DNA from: Octopus vulgaris
Taxonomy: Eukaryota
Length of the DNA stretch: 64,000 nucleotides
Direction: 5' to 3'
Assembly (NCBI GenBank): GCA_951406725.2
Contig: OX597817.1
Coordinates: 112,654,001 to 112,718,000, forward strand
Under the pieces are notes generated by a model. The model saw nothing but the letters and a program-made list of their open reading frames with translations. It ran no database searches and was not told the DNA's origin. The position numbers were made by a program, and so were the translations under genes. Position 1 is the stretch's first letter. Every line of letters starts with the position of its first letter. Shown here one piece after another: positions 13,055 through 26,551 of this stretch.

Positions 13055-13772
13055 TAATAAAACAACAACTTTTGAGCTGCATTTTCATCTTGGAGAAGAG
13101 AGGGAAGTCAACAGGTGTTAAATCTGGTGAATAGGGTAGGTGTGGAAATGATATTTTGTTGTTTTTGGCTACAAACTCACAAGTGAGGAGAGCTCAGTGA
13201 CAGGGTGAATTGTCGTTGTGATTCTTCATGCTTCACAGATCCAGATGCTTTCACCAAATGGCTTCCCGCAAATACTTCAAATCATCATTCATTATCCTCC
13301 AATCATCCTCATGCACAAGCTGATGAATTTTCTCCACATTTCTGGGAGTGATGCTCATGGCAGATCTTCCAGGTTGGTCATCGTCTTCCACGGTCATTCT
13401 TCCATTTTGAAGCCCCCCCCTCCCCCCCCACACACACACATGCCACTCAAAATATTGCATACGACCCATTGCTTCATCCTTGTAAGCTTGCTGAAGCATG
13501 CTCAATGTCTCTGTTGCATATTTCCCATGTTTAACGCAAAATTTCATGTTGGTTCTTTGTTCCAGCTTCCTGTCCATGACAAAAGTCATAGACTACAGCA
13601 TACACATGAATACAAAAACACAAATTTCACAACTTACGAAGTAAACGCAACAATGTCACTAAGCACACTGCCTCATGAAGGTCACTGCTAGGTGTCACTG
13701 TGTATACAACTGTGTGCTGCCATCTGTTGGCAAGCTACAGAACTAGTCCATGAACTTTTCGATACCAACTTG
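13055..13772 (-). mobile_element. Mariner fragment (same family as 18468-21203)
   Basis: MDRKLEQRTNMKFCVKHGKYATETLSML transposase N-terminus; TIR ...gaacttttcgataccaacttg|TA. Confidence 0.85.
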
Positions 13773-14614
13773 TAGTGTGTGGTGAAGAAACTGTTGCCTA
13801 AATTATGCATTTTAACAGATATATTTACCAAACTTACATAAAAATATCTTGAAATATTAAAGAGTAAATGTATTCAATAAAATCGCCATTGTCTTCAATC
13901 GCAGTTGCCAAATGACTTCGGAATCTCCTGCAACTCTTCTGGACGGTCTCCTTATTTAAGTTGGTGAATGCTTCCATAAACCTTGCCTTCAGTTCATCTT
14001 TGGTGTTACAAAGAGCTTTGTTGGTCTCTCACTCAACTGTGTCCCACAGTTGACTCAAGGGGTCACAGTCTGGGGAGTTAGGTGGCCAGATGTTAGGAAT
14101 GATGTGGTCACAGAAATTGTCTGACAGCCATGACTGGGTTCTCCTGCTTGTGTGGCATGGTGCAGAGTCCTGTTGCCAGACATAGGGTTTTCCAGCAGGA
14201 GATAGTGCTACTTCCTCCAGACACTTGATGTAGGCCTCCATGTTGAGTCTGAGGCCATGTGAGATGAGAAGATGAATGGAGGCATGACATCGCCATCACT
14301 AGTGATCACTCCAAACACCATGATGTTGACTGGATGTTTGATTTTTATCACTCTCGGTACATGTCCTCAGATTTGCACTGCCTTCAGATTGACACCCAAA
14401 CACTCTGGAATGTTCATATTGGAGCTTCCAGTGTGAATGCCAAGCAGTACATGTCATTTCCAAATTTCTGGCAGAGAGAATTGCATCATGGTGCTGCTTA
14501 TCTCACAGACAGTGCCGAACTGACCCTACTATACTGTGTAGTTGACAAAATCAAAAACAAACAATGTACATGCATGAAATTAAAAATATAAAATGGTGAC
14601 AGTTTACCCATTGC

Positions 14615-14618
<4 letters not shown>
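13773..14618 (-). mobile_element. Tc1/mariner (maT/DD37D-like) deleted copy
   Basis: WQQDSAPCHTSRRTQSWL...WPPNSPDCDPL; degenerate TIRs. Confidence 0.8.
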
Positions 14619-14657
<39 letters not shown>

Positions 14658-15070
14658 GCACGCACACACACACACACACACACACACCATCTACACACAT
14701 GTCACTAACAAGCTAAATTACTTAAATATGGATATTAAAAGAAAATATTTATATAATTTCTATTTATAGTCATATTATATCTATTATTAATTATTTATGT
14801 TTGTATATAATATAGCCACGGAATACTGACAAGAATGTCATAATTTCAGACTTCACTATCCTTGTGCTGTGCAGCTGATGAAAACCCTTGACAGTGTTTC
14901 ATCCAATCTGTCTGATAGAGCAAAATGCATTCACCCTCAACTACTATATAAATATATTGTCCATCTGATCCCATGCAAGTATGGATAAGTGAATATTAGA
15001 TAGTGATGATAGTGATGAAGATGATGATGACGACGGTGATGATATGCCTAAAAAACAAATATTAATATTA

Positions 15071-15455
15071 GGTGCAGGAGTAGCTATGTGGTAAAAAGCT
15101 TGCCTCCCAGCCACATGGTTCTGGGTTCAGTCCTACTGTGTGGAACTTTGGGCAAGTGTCTTCTACTATAGCCTTGGGCTAACCAAGGCCTTGCAAATGG
15201 ATTTGGTAGACAGAAACTGATAGAAGCCCGTTGTATAAATGTGTGTGTGTGTGTTTGTCCCTCCCCCATTACTTGACACCGATGTTGATGTGTTTACATC
15301 CCCATAACTTAGTAGTTCAGCAAAAGAGACTGACAGAATAAGTACTAGGCTTATATAGAATAAGTCCTGGGGTCAATTTGTTCGACTAAAGGTGGTGCTA
15401 CGGCATGGCCGCAGTCAAATGACTGAAACAAGTAAAAAAAAAATAAAAGAATAAA
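15071..15455 (+). mobile_element. Family A SINE, full length
   Basis: Best-preserved copy: tRNA-like head, (TG)n, tail ggtggtgct...catggccgcagtcaaatgactgaaacaagtaaaa. Confidence 0.85.
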
Positions 15456-15840
15456 GAATGTGTGTGTGTATGTATTGCCAAGGATAGCTCAACAAAAATC
15501 CTGAAGATCTGAAATCCAAAGGTAAGAAATTAAGAGTTAATAAATTTTTGCCATTTCAATCTACCAAATTTAACTTGTTATTTGAAGCTATGGTAGAAAT
15601 CTGAGATCTGTTCCTTGCTGTGGGATCAAACTCAGAACTATGCAGTTATGAAGTGAACTTCTTAACCACACCCTCTTGCATTTAATAATTAGTGACATAG
15701 AATTAAGAAGAAAATAATGTTAAGAAAATAATGAGACAATCTGACACATTACATTTTCCAATGATTTGTCACTTCTTCTTTGTATCAGATATTAAAACTG
15801 ATCAATAAGTGCAAAACAAGAAATAAGAAAACCTCTTTAA

Positions 15841-16467
15841 CTCTTTAGCATTCAGTAAGTGTTACTCCCTATTTGCTTCTATCTAGAAATCAAAGGAAAT
15901 TACTACTATTCCTTTCAAACTTTGCTTTTGTGACCTGGACATCAATGTTTTGAAACTGACCTATTTTCCATTACATTTCACACAGATTCAGTGCTGAGTT
16001 GCTGTAGCAGAAATATCATTAGAGCAAATATTCTACTGAATACCATGGATTTGCTTGTCAGTTGCTTGACCTTCACCACTTGAGCATGTCCCTTGGTGGC
16101 TGACAATATATGCATATCTGATCATGAGCAGAAGTTATGGGGGAATATCATTGCCATGTGGTGAGAGGGATTCTTTAGGGTTTGAATAAATACAATAAAA
16201 GCAAAGTTAGAAGGAAATATTAGCCACTTTTCATACCTTCCAGGAGCAACAAAATAGAAAATGACAATTACTACTCAAGGACAAAAGTCATGTTATACAG
16301 TGTAATACTTATTAATTTACATCATTTCAAGTTAATCATTTATTATCTTGTACATTTGATATTTTGATGATGTGATGATTTATTTTTAGAATGACATCAT
16401 AGGGTAATTTGAACATAAGACAGATAGAAATTTGGGGTCTGATATGGCTACTTTAAATGCTAAAGGA
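15841..16467. mobile_element. TTAA-flanked MITE (second family) interrupted by a Chapaev3-like MITE (~15860-16302)
   Basis: ttaa|ctctttagcatt...aatgctaaagga|ttaa; the inner part aligns to 28856-29352. Confidence 0.65.
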
Positions 16468-16509
16468 TTAATGTACAAAATAACTACAGAAGAAATTGGT
16501 TTTACTTAC

Positions 16510-16581
16510 AATTCTCGAAGAGAAGGTAGTCCGACAAAAGCATTTCTGGTCAGGACATCAATTTCATTATGATTCAATAAC
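16510..16581 (-). CDS. PXDN: Internal 72-nt LRR exon 2 (LLNHNEIDVLTRNAFVGLPSLREL)
   Basis: catttctttgtccAG|72 nt|GTaagt; phase 2/2; in frame with exon 1; compare PXDN LLNNNQIKRIPSGAF. Confidence 0.8.
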
Positions 16582-17427
16582 CTGGACAAAGAAATGGTAA
16601 ATTTGTTAGCTCTAACAGAGAATAATAAAAGTCTGTGTAACTGTTAGCTGTTTTTGTTCAAATGAAAATTTAGATGATAGGTTTCATATATTTCCCAGTT
16701 TAATGCCAACACCTGATCTTTAGGTGCCTGCAGTAGACAGTAGAATCCTCCCGTGGTCTACTGTTTCCTAGTATAGTCATGGGGACAACCAAAGCTTTGT
16801 GAGTAGATTTGGTAGATGGCAACTGAAACAAGCTTGCCGTGTGTGTGTGTGTGTGCACACGCGTGTGTGTGTGTGCACGCATGTGTGCATGCGTGTGTGT
16901 GTGTGTCTATATGCATGTGTGTGTGTGTATGTGTTTCACAACTGCTTGATCACTGGAGTTGGTTTGTTTATGTCCCCATAAGTTAGTGGTTTGGAAAAAG
17001 AGCCAGTCAGAATAAATGCCAAGCTTTAGAAAATAAGCACTGAACTCTTCAAGGTGGTGCCCCAGCATGGCCACATCCAATAACTGGAACAAATCAAAGA
17101 TAAAATAAAAAATAAAAGATATCCTGCATTTTGTGAAAAATAGTGTTGTTGGTTACAGGCTTCCGAATGGCCAGTCACTGACTCATTGCATTTATATGAT
17201 GAAGAAAGTGGCAAGGGCGTGATTGCAACTTGAGCAGAATAATTCATTTTGTTTAATGCACCAGTTAATCAACAACTTTCTTATTGAAAAGTATATCTTT
17301 CACATCACAAACAAACACACACACTCTCTCTCTCTTTCTCACACACACAGACACACGCACACTCACATATATATATCAATGTATGAGTGATAATTTATAG
17401 CTACATTTACATTTGAGAAACTTTGTA

Positions 17428-17604
17428 AAGCATGGCTGTGTTTTAAAAAGTTTGCTTCCCAAACACATGGTTTCAGGTTCAGTCCAACTGTATGGCACCT
17501 TGAGCAAGTGTCTTCTACTATAACCTTGGATCAACCAAAGCCTTGTGAGTGAATTTGGTAGACAGAAACTGAAAGAAGCCTGTCATATATATATATATAT
17601 ATAT

Positions 17605-17642
<38 letters not shown>

Positions 17643-17850
17643 TCCACCACCACCACCACTTAACAACCAATGTAGTGTATTTATGTCTTTGTAACTTAGT
17701 GGTTCAGCAAAGGCGACTGATAGAATAAGTACTAGGCTTTAAAAAAATAAGTCCTGGGGTTGATTTGTTTGACTAAAACCCTTCAAGGTGGTGCCCTAGC
17801 ATGTCCACAGTCAAATGACTGAAACAAGCAAAAGATATAAGATAAAAGAC
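17428..17850 (+). mobile_element. Family A SINE, full length
   Basis: As 15071-15455. Further copies at 16790-17120, 28110-28420 (minus) and 60525-61180 (interrupted). Confidence 0.85.
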
Positions 17851-18338
17851 ACATAAGCACCCCTCACCCCACATGCATGCCATATACACACACATACCAT
17901 AGGTTTCTGTAAAATTTCCATTTATCAAACTTACAAAAGCATTGGTCAGCTCAAGGCTCTGATAGAAAATATTCCCATCATTTTAGGGTTATCTAGAAAG
18001 AACTACACTGTCCTATGTATTCTTTATTTAATATGTGATTTGGGGGAGATTTGGCTGCTATTTCTAGAAGATTGAGTAATTGAACAGAGCAAAAAGAGGG
18101 AATGTTTGGTTTTTTAGAACTAGAGGTGAATTGCAAGAGTTTAAAAACCTGTGACACATTTGTACTGAGAAAACTAATGAGTCTTCCATTTTACAGATTC
18201 AGAGGTGCCTCTCTCACACACACACACACACACATATATGTATAGACACATATATACACACAGACACACACACATGCAAATAGATTAGTTGGCTGGTATG
18301 GTTGCTATGTTGTATTTGCAAATATTTCCATACCATCC

Positions 18339-18405
18339 AACTCTGATGAGCGTGGTTGTTAGATAATCACCTGATTTCCTGATGTGCGAAACCAATTGGT
18401 AAGCC
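18339..18405 (+). ncRNA. Minimal type I hammerhead motif
   Basis: ct-CTGATGA-gc...gc-GAAA-ccaattgg-TA-ag; palindromic stem III ACCAATTGGT; stem I partly decayed. Confidence 0.65.
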
Positions 18406-18467
18406 CAGCAGTAGTGGATCTATAATACAGTACACTTTTGTTAATGTACCCATTCTACTGATAAATA

Positions 18468-21203
18468 TGATGTGGTATCAAAAAGTTTTTGAACTAGTTA
18501 TGTTTAATTTATTTACTTAAGTTTTAACATCATCTCTTCCAAAATAGTCAACTTGCCCAGCAATTCACTGATCCCAGCATTCCTGCCACTTAGAATATGG
18601 CCTGAAAGTCGTTTTCCATGAGTGGAGGACCTTCTGCGATTTGTTCTTGATCTCAACAACAGAGTTAAAATAGTAACCTTTGAACTGCATTTTCATCTTG
18701 GGGAAGAGATGGAGGTCCGCAGATGCTAAATCTGGTGAATAGGGTGGGTGCAGAAGTGATACCATGTTGTTTTTGGTAAGAAACTCATGAGTGAGTAGAG
18801 CTCAGTGACAGGGTGCATTGCCGTGAAGAATCCAATTCTTCACACTCCACAGATCCAGTTGCTTTCACTGAATGTCTTCCCTTAAACACTTCAAAACAGC
18901 ATCGATTACACTGGTCAACAAAAAAAAAATTTTGAAATGGTGTTGAGACACTAGACATCATTTTTGGCTAATTTGAGGGTGCTGAATCTGAAAATGATCT
19001 TACTTTTTCTTGGTTAGCTACCATTTCTGCTGTACAGAAATGCTTCATTTTTGGAATAAAACACATTTTTTCATTTGTTTTATGTATATTTGATATTGAT
19101 CGATGACAATATTTCTCAAAGTAAAATCGTAGAAACCTCTCAATTCATATTTAAACCAACAAACATTGGTCTGCTTATTGAGGAATACTATTTTTGCAAT
19201 AACGATCAAATCCTAAGTCTTTAAAAATAACATGATTGAATACACCAAGACCAACAAGTATTTTCATCAAATCATTAAATAAACAGCAGAAATAAAACCT
19301 TCGTGAACATAAGAACCATAGTAAAAATTTTCTCTTTCTTGATTGTCTGTCATGTTCAATGTTATTTAAGTCCCTTTTGACATTCCAGCAGTAGTCAGCC
19401 ATCATTCATTTGTACCACTGTCCCTGGTAGTGCTCTTCTATTGTTTGGATATCCTGATGAAATCATTCTCCTTACTCATCACTCACATCACTGCAATTAT
19501 TTGGAAATTTATCTAGATGGCTATGTAAAAAAATGAACCTTAATACTCATATTAACACCTATGTCCTGAAGACTTTTCAACAGCTTTTCCACTAACTCCT
19601 TTAGTTTTCGGCCTGGCGATTGCCTAAGAGGTTTTTCACCATGTCAACAAACGATGTATAAGTACATAATTCCAAGGCATTCATTGAATTAACAAATTCA
19701 TCATCCTTAATGAGTTTCTTGATATCAGGACCATCAAACTCTCCTGCTTTGAGTTTTTCGCAAACAATGTGAGGGGTCCATGATTTGTCCTGATCACCAA
19801 GCTCGACGTGAAAGTAAGCACAACAGGCTTTCTTATAAAAGTCAGATATTGGTTTCCTGTTGGCTTTCAGTGTGAATTTGCCACATGTATAGTAAAATAA
19901 GTTGGGATCATTTTTGCATCCTCTAGTTGAAGCCATGTCATTTGATATCTATCTCTATGATTAAAAAAGAACATGAGTTGGTTGAACAATTACATTACAC
20001 TTTGCTTGTTCACAGTTAGGTAATTAGATCTTTCCTAATGTCCTATGGAAAGACTTGCAAAACTGTCAATAACAAAAGACAGAAAGAGTCATTATGCTGA
20101 TTCTACTTAGTATCTTTGTAGGGCAGATGTTATGGTGAAACCATTTTCATGATATTCATCATGTACAATGGAATAGGTGCATTCAGTTGGGATGTCTTTA
20201 GTTGGAGTTTTTTTTCCAACTGTGAAAACAAAAGTTCTTAATGTGTTTGGCTTCCTTCCATATTGAAGGGATAAAAATAAAGGAATAAAATTTATGAATA
20301 TCAAACAGAAAATTTTAGGGTTTCATTTTTTTGATGTCACCTTAATTATCAGGTTTACTAAAGTGTATTACTGATAAAATTTATCAGTTAATTTGAATTT
20401 TGGCAATAAACTGGAAAAATTTGGTACTTCTATTTTAAAAGTTTTGACTCAGAAACACACTTTTTCTTATAAAAATAGTTTATTTCAGGTGGCTGACATA
20501 AATTGCTCAGCCAATCTGAAAATTCATGGGTTCTTTTTTTAACAAAATTTTGCGACCAGCCAAGATTGTAAATTGATCTTTTTTCCAAAAACGAGCAATT
20601 TCAGTACAGCAAAAACGATAGCTAACTGTGAAAAACTAAGATCATTTTTCGGAATCAGCACCATCAAATTAGCTAAAAAAATGCATTCTGTTTCTTGGCA
20701 CCAAAAATCGTGTTGACTAATGTTATCCTCTGACAATCTTCATGCATAAGCTGATGAATTTTCTCCACATTTCTGGGGGTGACATTTGTGGTAGGTTTTC
20801 CAGATCATTTGAGGCAGGATTTCCAGATCATTCATCATCTACTGGTGACATTTTTCTAATTTTAAAGCATCTATGCCACTTGAAACATTGCATATGACCC
20901 ACTGGCTTTTTACCATAAGCTTGCCAAAGCATGCTCAATGTCCCTGTAGCAGACTTCCCGAGTTTAATGCAAAATTTGACATTGGCTCTTTGTTCCATCT
21001 TCCTGTCCATGACAAAAATTACAGGCTACAGCGTACATGTGACAACAAAAACACAAATTTTACAACTTACAAAGTAAACACAGTGATGTCACACAGTACA
21101 CTGCCTCATGAAGGTCACTGCTAGCTTTCACTGCACACAATCATGTGCTGCCATCTGTTGGCATACTACAGATCTGGTCTGGGAACTTTTTGATACCACC
21201 TTG
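18468..21203 (-). mobile_element. Mariner element split by a Chapaev3 insertion
   Basis: TIRs gtggtatcaaaaagtt / aactttttgataccac with TA flanks; HPPYSPDLASADLHLFPKMK (18565-18765) and MDRKMEQRANVKFCIKLGKSA (20828-21010). Confidence 0.9.
18909..20722 (-). mobile_element. Chapaev3 (CMC) DNA transposon, internally deleted and decayed
   Basis: TTA|CACTGGTCAACA...TGTTGACTAATG|TTA with ~140-bp imperfect TIRs. Motifs CKNDPNLFYYTCG, LGDQDKSWTPHIVC, FDGPDIKKL, LGN, HSHLDKFP, FHQDI, MMADYCW. Confidence 0.85.
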
Positions 21204-21374
21204 TATATGAGTGTCTAATTTTTTCTGACTTATTGTTTTGTGCATTTGAGCATGAAGGTTTGCTCAGAAGCACAAAGTATGATGTATAGATTTGCCAGTT
21301 TACTGTTTTCACAGCATGAAACTAATAGTAGCTTGTATTTAAGCTACTATGTATATTAAGTGATACGTGTGTGT

Positions 21375-21590
21375 GTGTGGTGAGCTGGCAAAATCACTAG
21401 GGTACTGGACAAAATCCTTTGGGACATTTCTTAATTTCTTTTGGCTTTATGTTCTGAGTTCAAATTGCACCATGGTTCACTTTGCCCTTCATCCTTTCAG
21501 AGCCAACACAATAAGTACTAGTTAAGCACTGGGGGTGATGTAATCAACCAAAAAATTTCAGGTCTTGTGCCTAGAGTAGAAAGGATCACC
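21375..21590 (+). mobile_element. SINE with Meta-domain-like core (family C); other copies at 27180-27615 (minus, tandem pair), 35835-36060 and 52365-52530
   Basis: gttctgagttcaaat head plus ccttcatcctttc...aataagtac..gt core. Confidence 0.65.
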
Positions 21591-23033
21591 ACTCAAATAA
21601 ATATGGCCTGAGTTTGAATTGTTTGATTAAAACCCTTCATGGCAGTGCCCAAGCACAGTAGCAGCCAATGACTATAACAAATAAAAAATAAAAGATAAAA
21701 GATATATACATGTGCATTCTCTTGAATATCACAATCTTTGTAGTCACAGTGACATGATAAAATGTACCCAGTCCATACTATGAGGCATACACAGCAATAA
21801 AACTGGCTAATTTTCTCAGTGGCTATGTGTTTGTGTAAGATGATATTGGCTTTGACAAATGACAAGACCCAACCCATGTCAGTTACGTAAAACTGATATA
21901 AAATGACGATAAGGGAATAGCTGTTGTTATGTTGTATTTGCAAGTATTTCTACTAACAAATTAACTTTACAGCTATCACTTGCAAATGAGTATGACTTAA
22001 GGCATGTATCATGCTTCCCCGAACTATTTTAGGTGTGTGTATGTAATAAAAAAACAGACACTCATTTGGCATGCCCACCCCACCCTTGACTTAGTGTTGG
22101 AGGGAGAGAAAGCTGCACAAGCACTCATTCAGCTGGTACCCATTTTGCAGTTGAGTGAACTGGAGCAATAAAAAATCAAGAACCTTGTTAAGGAGACAAT
22201 GTATCATCCATACAAGGAATCAAAATCCACAACCTCATAACCACGTGTACAACATCTTTAACACTAACTCCCCCTAAAATGCACACCCATCCACCACACA
22301 CACATGTGCGCGTGCACACACACACAATATGCTGGGAGGATAGCTACGTGATTAAAGTTTATTAAACTACAGAAGATTATTGTTTACTGCCACTACCAAT
22401 GATTAGAAGTGGTAACAGAATGAGAAGCCACTCCCAGGAAATAGATTTTGAAGCTGAGAATTGCATGCAGGACATTGACAGTAACTAGATGACTGCAGCA
22501 GAAAACTACAGGTCACTGGTAATAACTAAGTGCTGCTGCACTCACAAACTCTAAACCACTCAAGAACCAGAGTCATTGTGAAGAGCTAAAATCCCATGTT
22601 TTCCAGGTAGACTACTTGCTTCATTGCATGATTTATTGCCCTATCAACTGTTGTTGTTTCACCTAAGGTAGTGCTAATTAAGTAAAACTTAAGATCAAAG
22701 GCATTCTATTCTTAATTACTCTATCTTTTTGTATATTTATGACTACATTATCTACTGTGTGCAACCTGTTTTTTAGCTGCTCTACTTGGTGTGTTGAGCA
22801 AGCACATAGTGCATAAAAGACCTTTTGTTATCTTAATTGTCTTGTCAAATGTTTTTTGTTTGACAAAAGTTTTGGTAAAATTGTTGATATATGTGTGCGC
22901 GCGTGCGTGCGTGCGTGCGTGTGTGTGTATGATGTTCATAACAAGGGTTCTCAACCACCAGGTCACAAGTCATTGCTGGGCCATGGAACATTTGGCATCA
23001 GACTGCACAGAAAGAATAAAATTTTAAATTGCA

Positions 23034-24311
23034 TCAGGTTGAGTAAAAAGTGAGCAACGTTTTGAAGCATGAAATTCATCACAATATATTTCAACAATGT
23101 GGATTTTTTATTCATTAAAATTAAGTACCATTACAATCAACTCATTTTTGCTAATGAATTCTAAGTTTGTTTATTCTGGTAACATAAAAATCTGGAGTTC
23201 TGGAGCTGATGAACCTTTTGAATTGCACTTTCAGCATCAGTTTCATTTTTTAACTCCCTCTCTCACAGGAATCCACCAAGGTGCTTGAAAAAGTGGTAGT
23301 CAGTAGGAGAAAGGTCTGGGGAATAAGCTGGGTGGGGAAGAACTTCATAGCCAAGTTTCCTCAACTTCTGGAGTGTCATTAGTGAAACGTGTAGTCGAGC
23401 ATTTTCATGAAGAATGATTGGCCCTCTTCTGTTGACCAGTCTAGGATGAAGGAGTAGCAGTTTTTCATTCATTTTGGCAATTTCATGGCAATATGTTTCT
23501 GCAGTAATGGTTTTTCTGGGTTTTCAGAAGTTACAGTGGATGAGTCCAGCAGCACGCCACCAAACAGTCACCATAATCTTCTTTTTGAAGAGCTTGGGTT
23601 TAAGGAAGGTTTTCAGTGCTTCATTTTGGTCCAATCACTGCAAAGGACATTTTTTATTATTGTACAGAATCCACTTTGCACCACAAGTTACAATATGGTT
23701 GAGAAATGGATTGGTCTGGTTATGGAGAAGAAGTGACAAGCAAATTTCATATCTGTGCATTTTCTGATTTTCATTCAAATTGTGTGGTACCTATTTGTCG
23801 AGCATTTTTGATTTTCCAATCGCATGCAAATGGTTGCAGGCAGTTTTCTGGCTAACTTGAAGTTCTTTTGCCAGTTCTTCAGTGGTTTTATGTGGGTCTT
23901 ACTCAATGACAATCTTTAATTGACCGTCATCAATGACAGATGTACGTCCATTATGCTCATAATCTTCAAGGCTCAGGTCTCCATGGTGAAATCGTTTTCA
24001 AGTTGACCATTCACTGGTCATTTCCTCACCAAAAGTTTTGTTGATATCACAAGCAGTTTCAGCTGCTTTACATCCTTTTTTGAAGTTGAATAGCAAAATT
24101 GCTTGAATATCATGTTTTGACAGTTTCATTTCAGATGATTGTAACAATGGTGAAAAAAATATTAATGTTAATTTCTTGATGCATTTGGGCAAGTCTATGT
24201 CTGTATTATCAGACAATTGCAAAAACATGTTTAAAAAAATTCAAAACTCTGCAAAAATCCAGTACAAATCCTTGATGATTCAAAACAGTGCTTACTTTTT
24301 ACTCAACCTGG
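23034..24311 (-). mobile_element. Near full-length mariner (DD34D, Hsmar1/cecropia-like), pseudogenised
   Basis: TIR caggttgagtaaaaagt.agca; 1.28 kb; MKLSKHDIQAILLFNFKKGCKAAETA...ILHENAR...HPAYSPDLSPTDYHFFKHL. Confidence 0.9.
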
Positions 24312-24391
24312 TATTTCTGTTTTATTGACTATTGCTGTCTGTAGGGTGATTCTGCATTATACAGGTATTATATATGTAATATGTGTGTGTG

Positions 24392-24460
<69 letters not shown>

Positions 24461-24485
24461 GTGTGTGTGTATGTATATATATATA

Positions 24486-24531
<46 letters not shown>

Positions 24532-24619
24532 TTCATCTATATGCATGTGTGTATGCACACGTGTGTGCATGCATGCACTTATATGTGGGTGTGGGTGTGT
24601 GCGTGTTTGTACATGCATC

Positions 24620-24842
24620 ATTAAACAAGCAGATAAAGTGGGTGCAATTGTTAGAATAGATGTTGAATACTACAGGAGTTTAGTTGAGGACCAATTGAAG
24701 GACAACATTCTACAGTGAAATGCCTACAAACATAGACCACCACATCATGAAGACGGTCAATAACCTGGTTTCAAAACATTACAACTCCCTTACCAATAAT
24801 GAAAGAAACTACATCACCAATTTCAAACCAAAACCCAGCAAC
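24620..24842 (+). mobile_element. PLE RT N-terminal fragment
   Basis: IKQADKVGAIVRIDVEYYRSLV, homologous to IKEADKGNAVVIMDTSYYRNLV at ~32100. Confidence 0.7.
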
Positions 24843-25288
24843 TATATATTATATATGTAATAATTAAAATATGTATTATGCACTTGTGTTTTGGTATATG
24901 TGTGATCTCCTGGTCAATGGAAAAATGCTTGTATAACATTGGTCTGTGGTGCAAAAAAAGATTGGGAACATATGTTCTATAGATAAACTGAATTGAAAAA
25001 AGAAAAAAAATTTAAAACATATGCTTTGAGTTGTTTTTTAATTAATGATAGTCTACAGATCATTACATTAATTTATATTTCTCAAAACCTAGTTTATAGA
25101 ACACTTTGGTGGACTTCTGCTTCATAATGCATCTCTGATGTATTTTGAGATGGACGTATGCATGTATGCATACATGTATATGTAAGTATGTCTGTAAGCA
25201 TGTGTATATGTAAATGTACACAAGTACTGCATGTTGCATGTATATTTGAGAGGGACAAAGAGTAAGGAAGTGTGTGCATATAAGTATA

Positions 25289-26551
25289 CAAGGTATCCTG
25301 AAATTAAGACAACCAAAGTTTCAGGCTTTAATAACTATCAATGAATATGATAAGATATGAAAATTATACATCATTATAAAAGATAAGTGTGTCTTCTTTT
25401 TATTTCAGACTAAATAAATCTAGATTTATAAATTAATTTATAGATTAAAATACAATCATAACTCTCTACAAAGGAGGTGAAAGTAATACAGCTATAGCAA
25501 AAAAGCTTAAAATTAACCAAACAACAGCCTGGAAAATTGCCAGGAAATTTCAAGAGATTAGTTCTACAACTGATCAACCTGGAATTGGCCAAAAAGAAAT
25601 GTGCAGATACCTCAGTTTATCAAAAGTACCAGAGAAAAGTTATGGCAAAATTCTCATCATTCCATCAGAAAACTGGTAGCTATAGCAAAAATAAGCCGAA
25701 CATCGATTTATTGAGTGCTGAAGAAAGATGTCAGGACCAACCCTTACAAGATGATCTACCATCATGAGCTCAGACAGGATTATAAGGCTATGAGACTAGA
25801 AAGAAGTCATCTTATCTTGCATCAGATTGCTGAAGGCATGCTGCCCAACTTGGGGTTCACTGATGAAAAGAAATTTGACATTAAATGGACAATAAACCAT
25901 TAGAATGACCAACTTTGGAGTGTATCTGGTTCAGTCAAGGGTGGACTTGTAAATCAACATCAAAATCCACAGTCACTTATGGTTTGGGCAGCTGTGACAA
26001 CCACTGGAAGATCTCCCCTCGTTTTTGTGCCCTTGTGTGTTAAAATTAACACCCAGCGATACATTAGTGACAAGCTGAGGTGCTTCCATGGCAAATTAGT
26101 ACTTTCAAGGCACACATTGGATCCTCCAACAGGATTCAGCACCATCCCACAGCTCCAAACAGACACAACACTGAATTCAGAAAAACTTTCTGTTGATCAT
26201 ATTCAAGGATGTATGGACCTCAAGAAGCCCCGTCCTCAACCCATTGAAATTTTCTGTTTGGTCCACTTTGGAGATGAGAGTCTTGAGCACTCCTCATGCT
26301 TCACTTGACAATCTGAAGGCAAAACTGCATCAGGAATGGGCTTCAATTCTGCAAGAACAGTAGCATGCCCTGTGTGAAGCATTTGCACCTAGGCTTAAGA
26401 CTGTGATTCAAAACAGAGGTGGTCATATTGAGTAAATGTGGTGGTGTCATAATTGTGTAACTTTTACCATTGCACTCGGACCCAAAATATAACAATATTA
26501 TGCTTTGGCAAAACTGGAAAAAGTTGGTTGCCTTAATTTTGGGACACCCTG
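25289..26551 (+). mobile_element. Tc1/mariner (maT/DD37D-like) full-length decayed element
   Basis: TA|caaggtatcctgaaattaagacaacc ... ggttgccttaattttgggacaccctg|TA; FTDEKKF, MVWAAVTTTGRSPLVF, QQDSAPSH motifs. Confidence 0.9.

Larger units (their letters stand above)
22942..24975. mobile_element. hAT-type MITE interrupted by a mariner, a microsatellite and a PLE fragment
   Basis: Ends caagggttctcaacc... and ...ggtctgtggtgcaaaaaaagattgggaaca resemble hAT/Charlie termini. Confidence 0.55.

Noticed and set aside
14876-14905. CTGATGA as another hammerhead
   Set aside because: No downstream GAAA, stem III or stem I; only a small gatgaaa/tttcatc hairpin.
15071-15140. tRNA genes at the A/B-box motifs
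   Set aside because: These are SINE heads with no complete cloverleaf, and each continues into SINE body.
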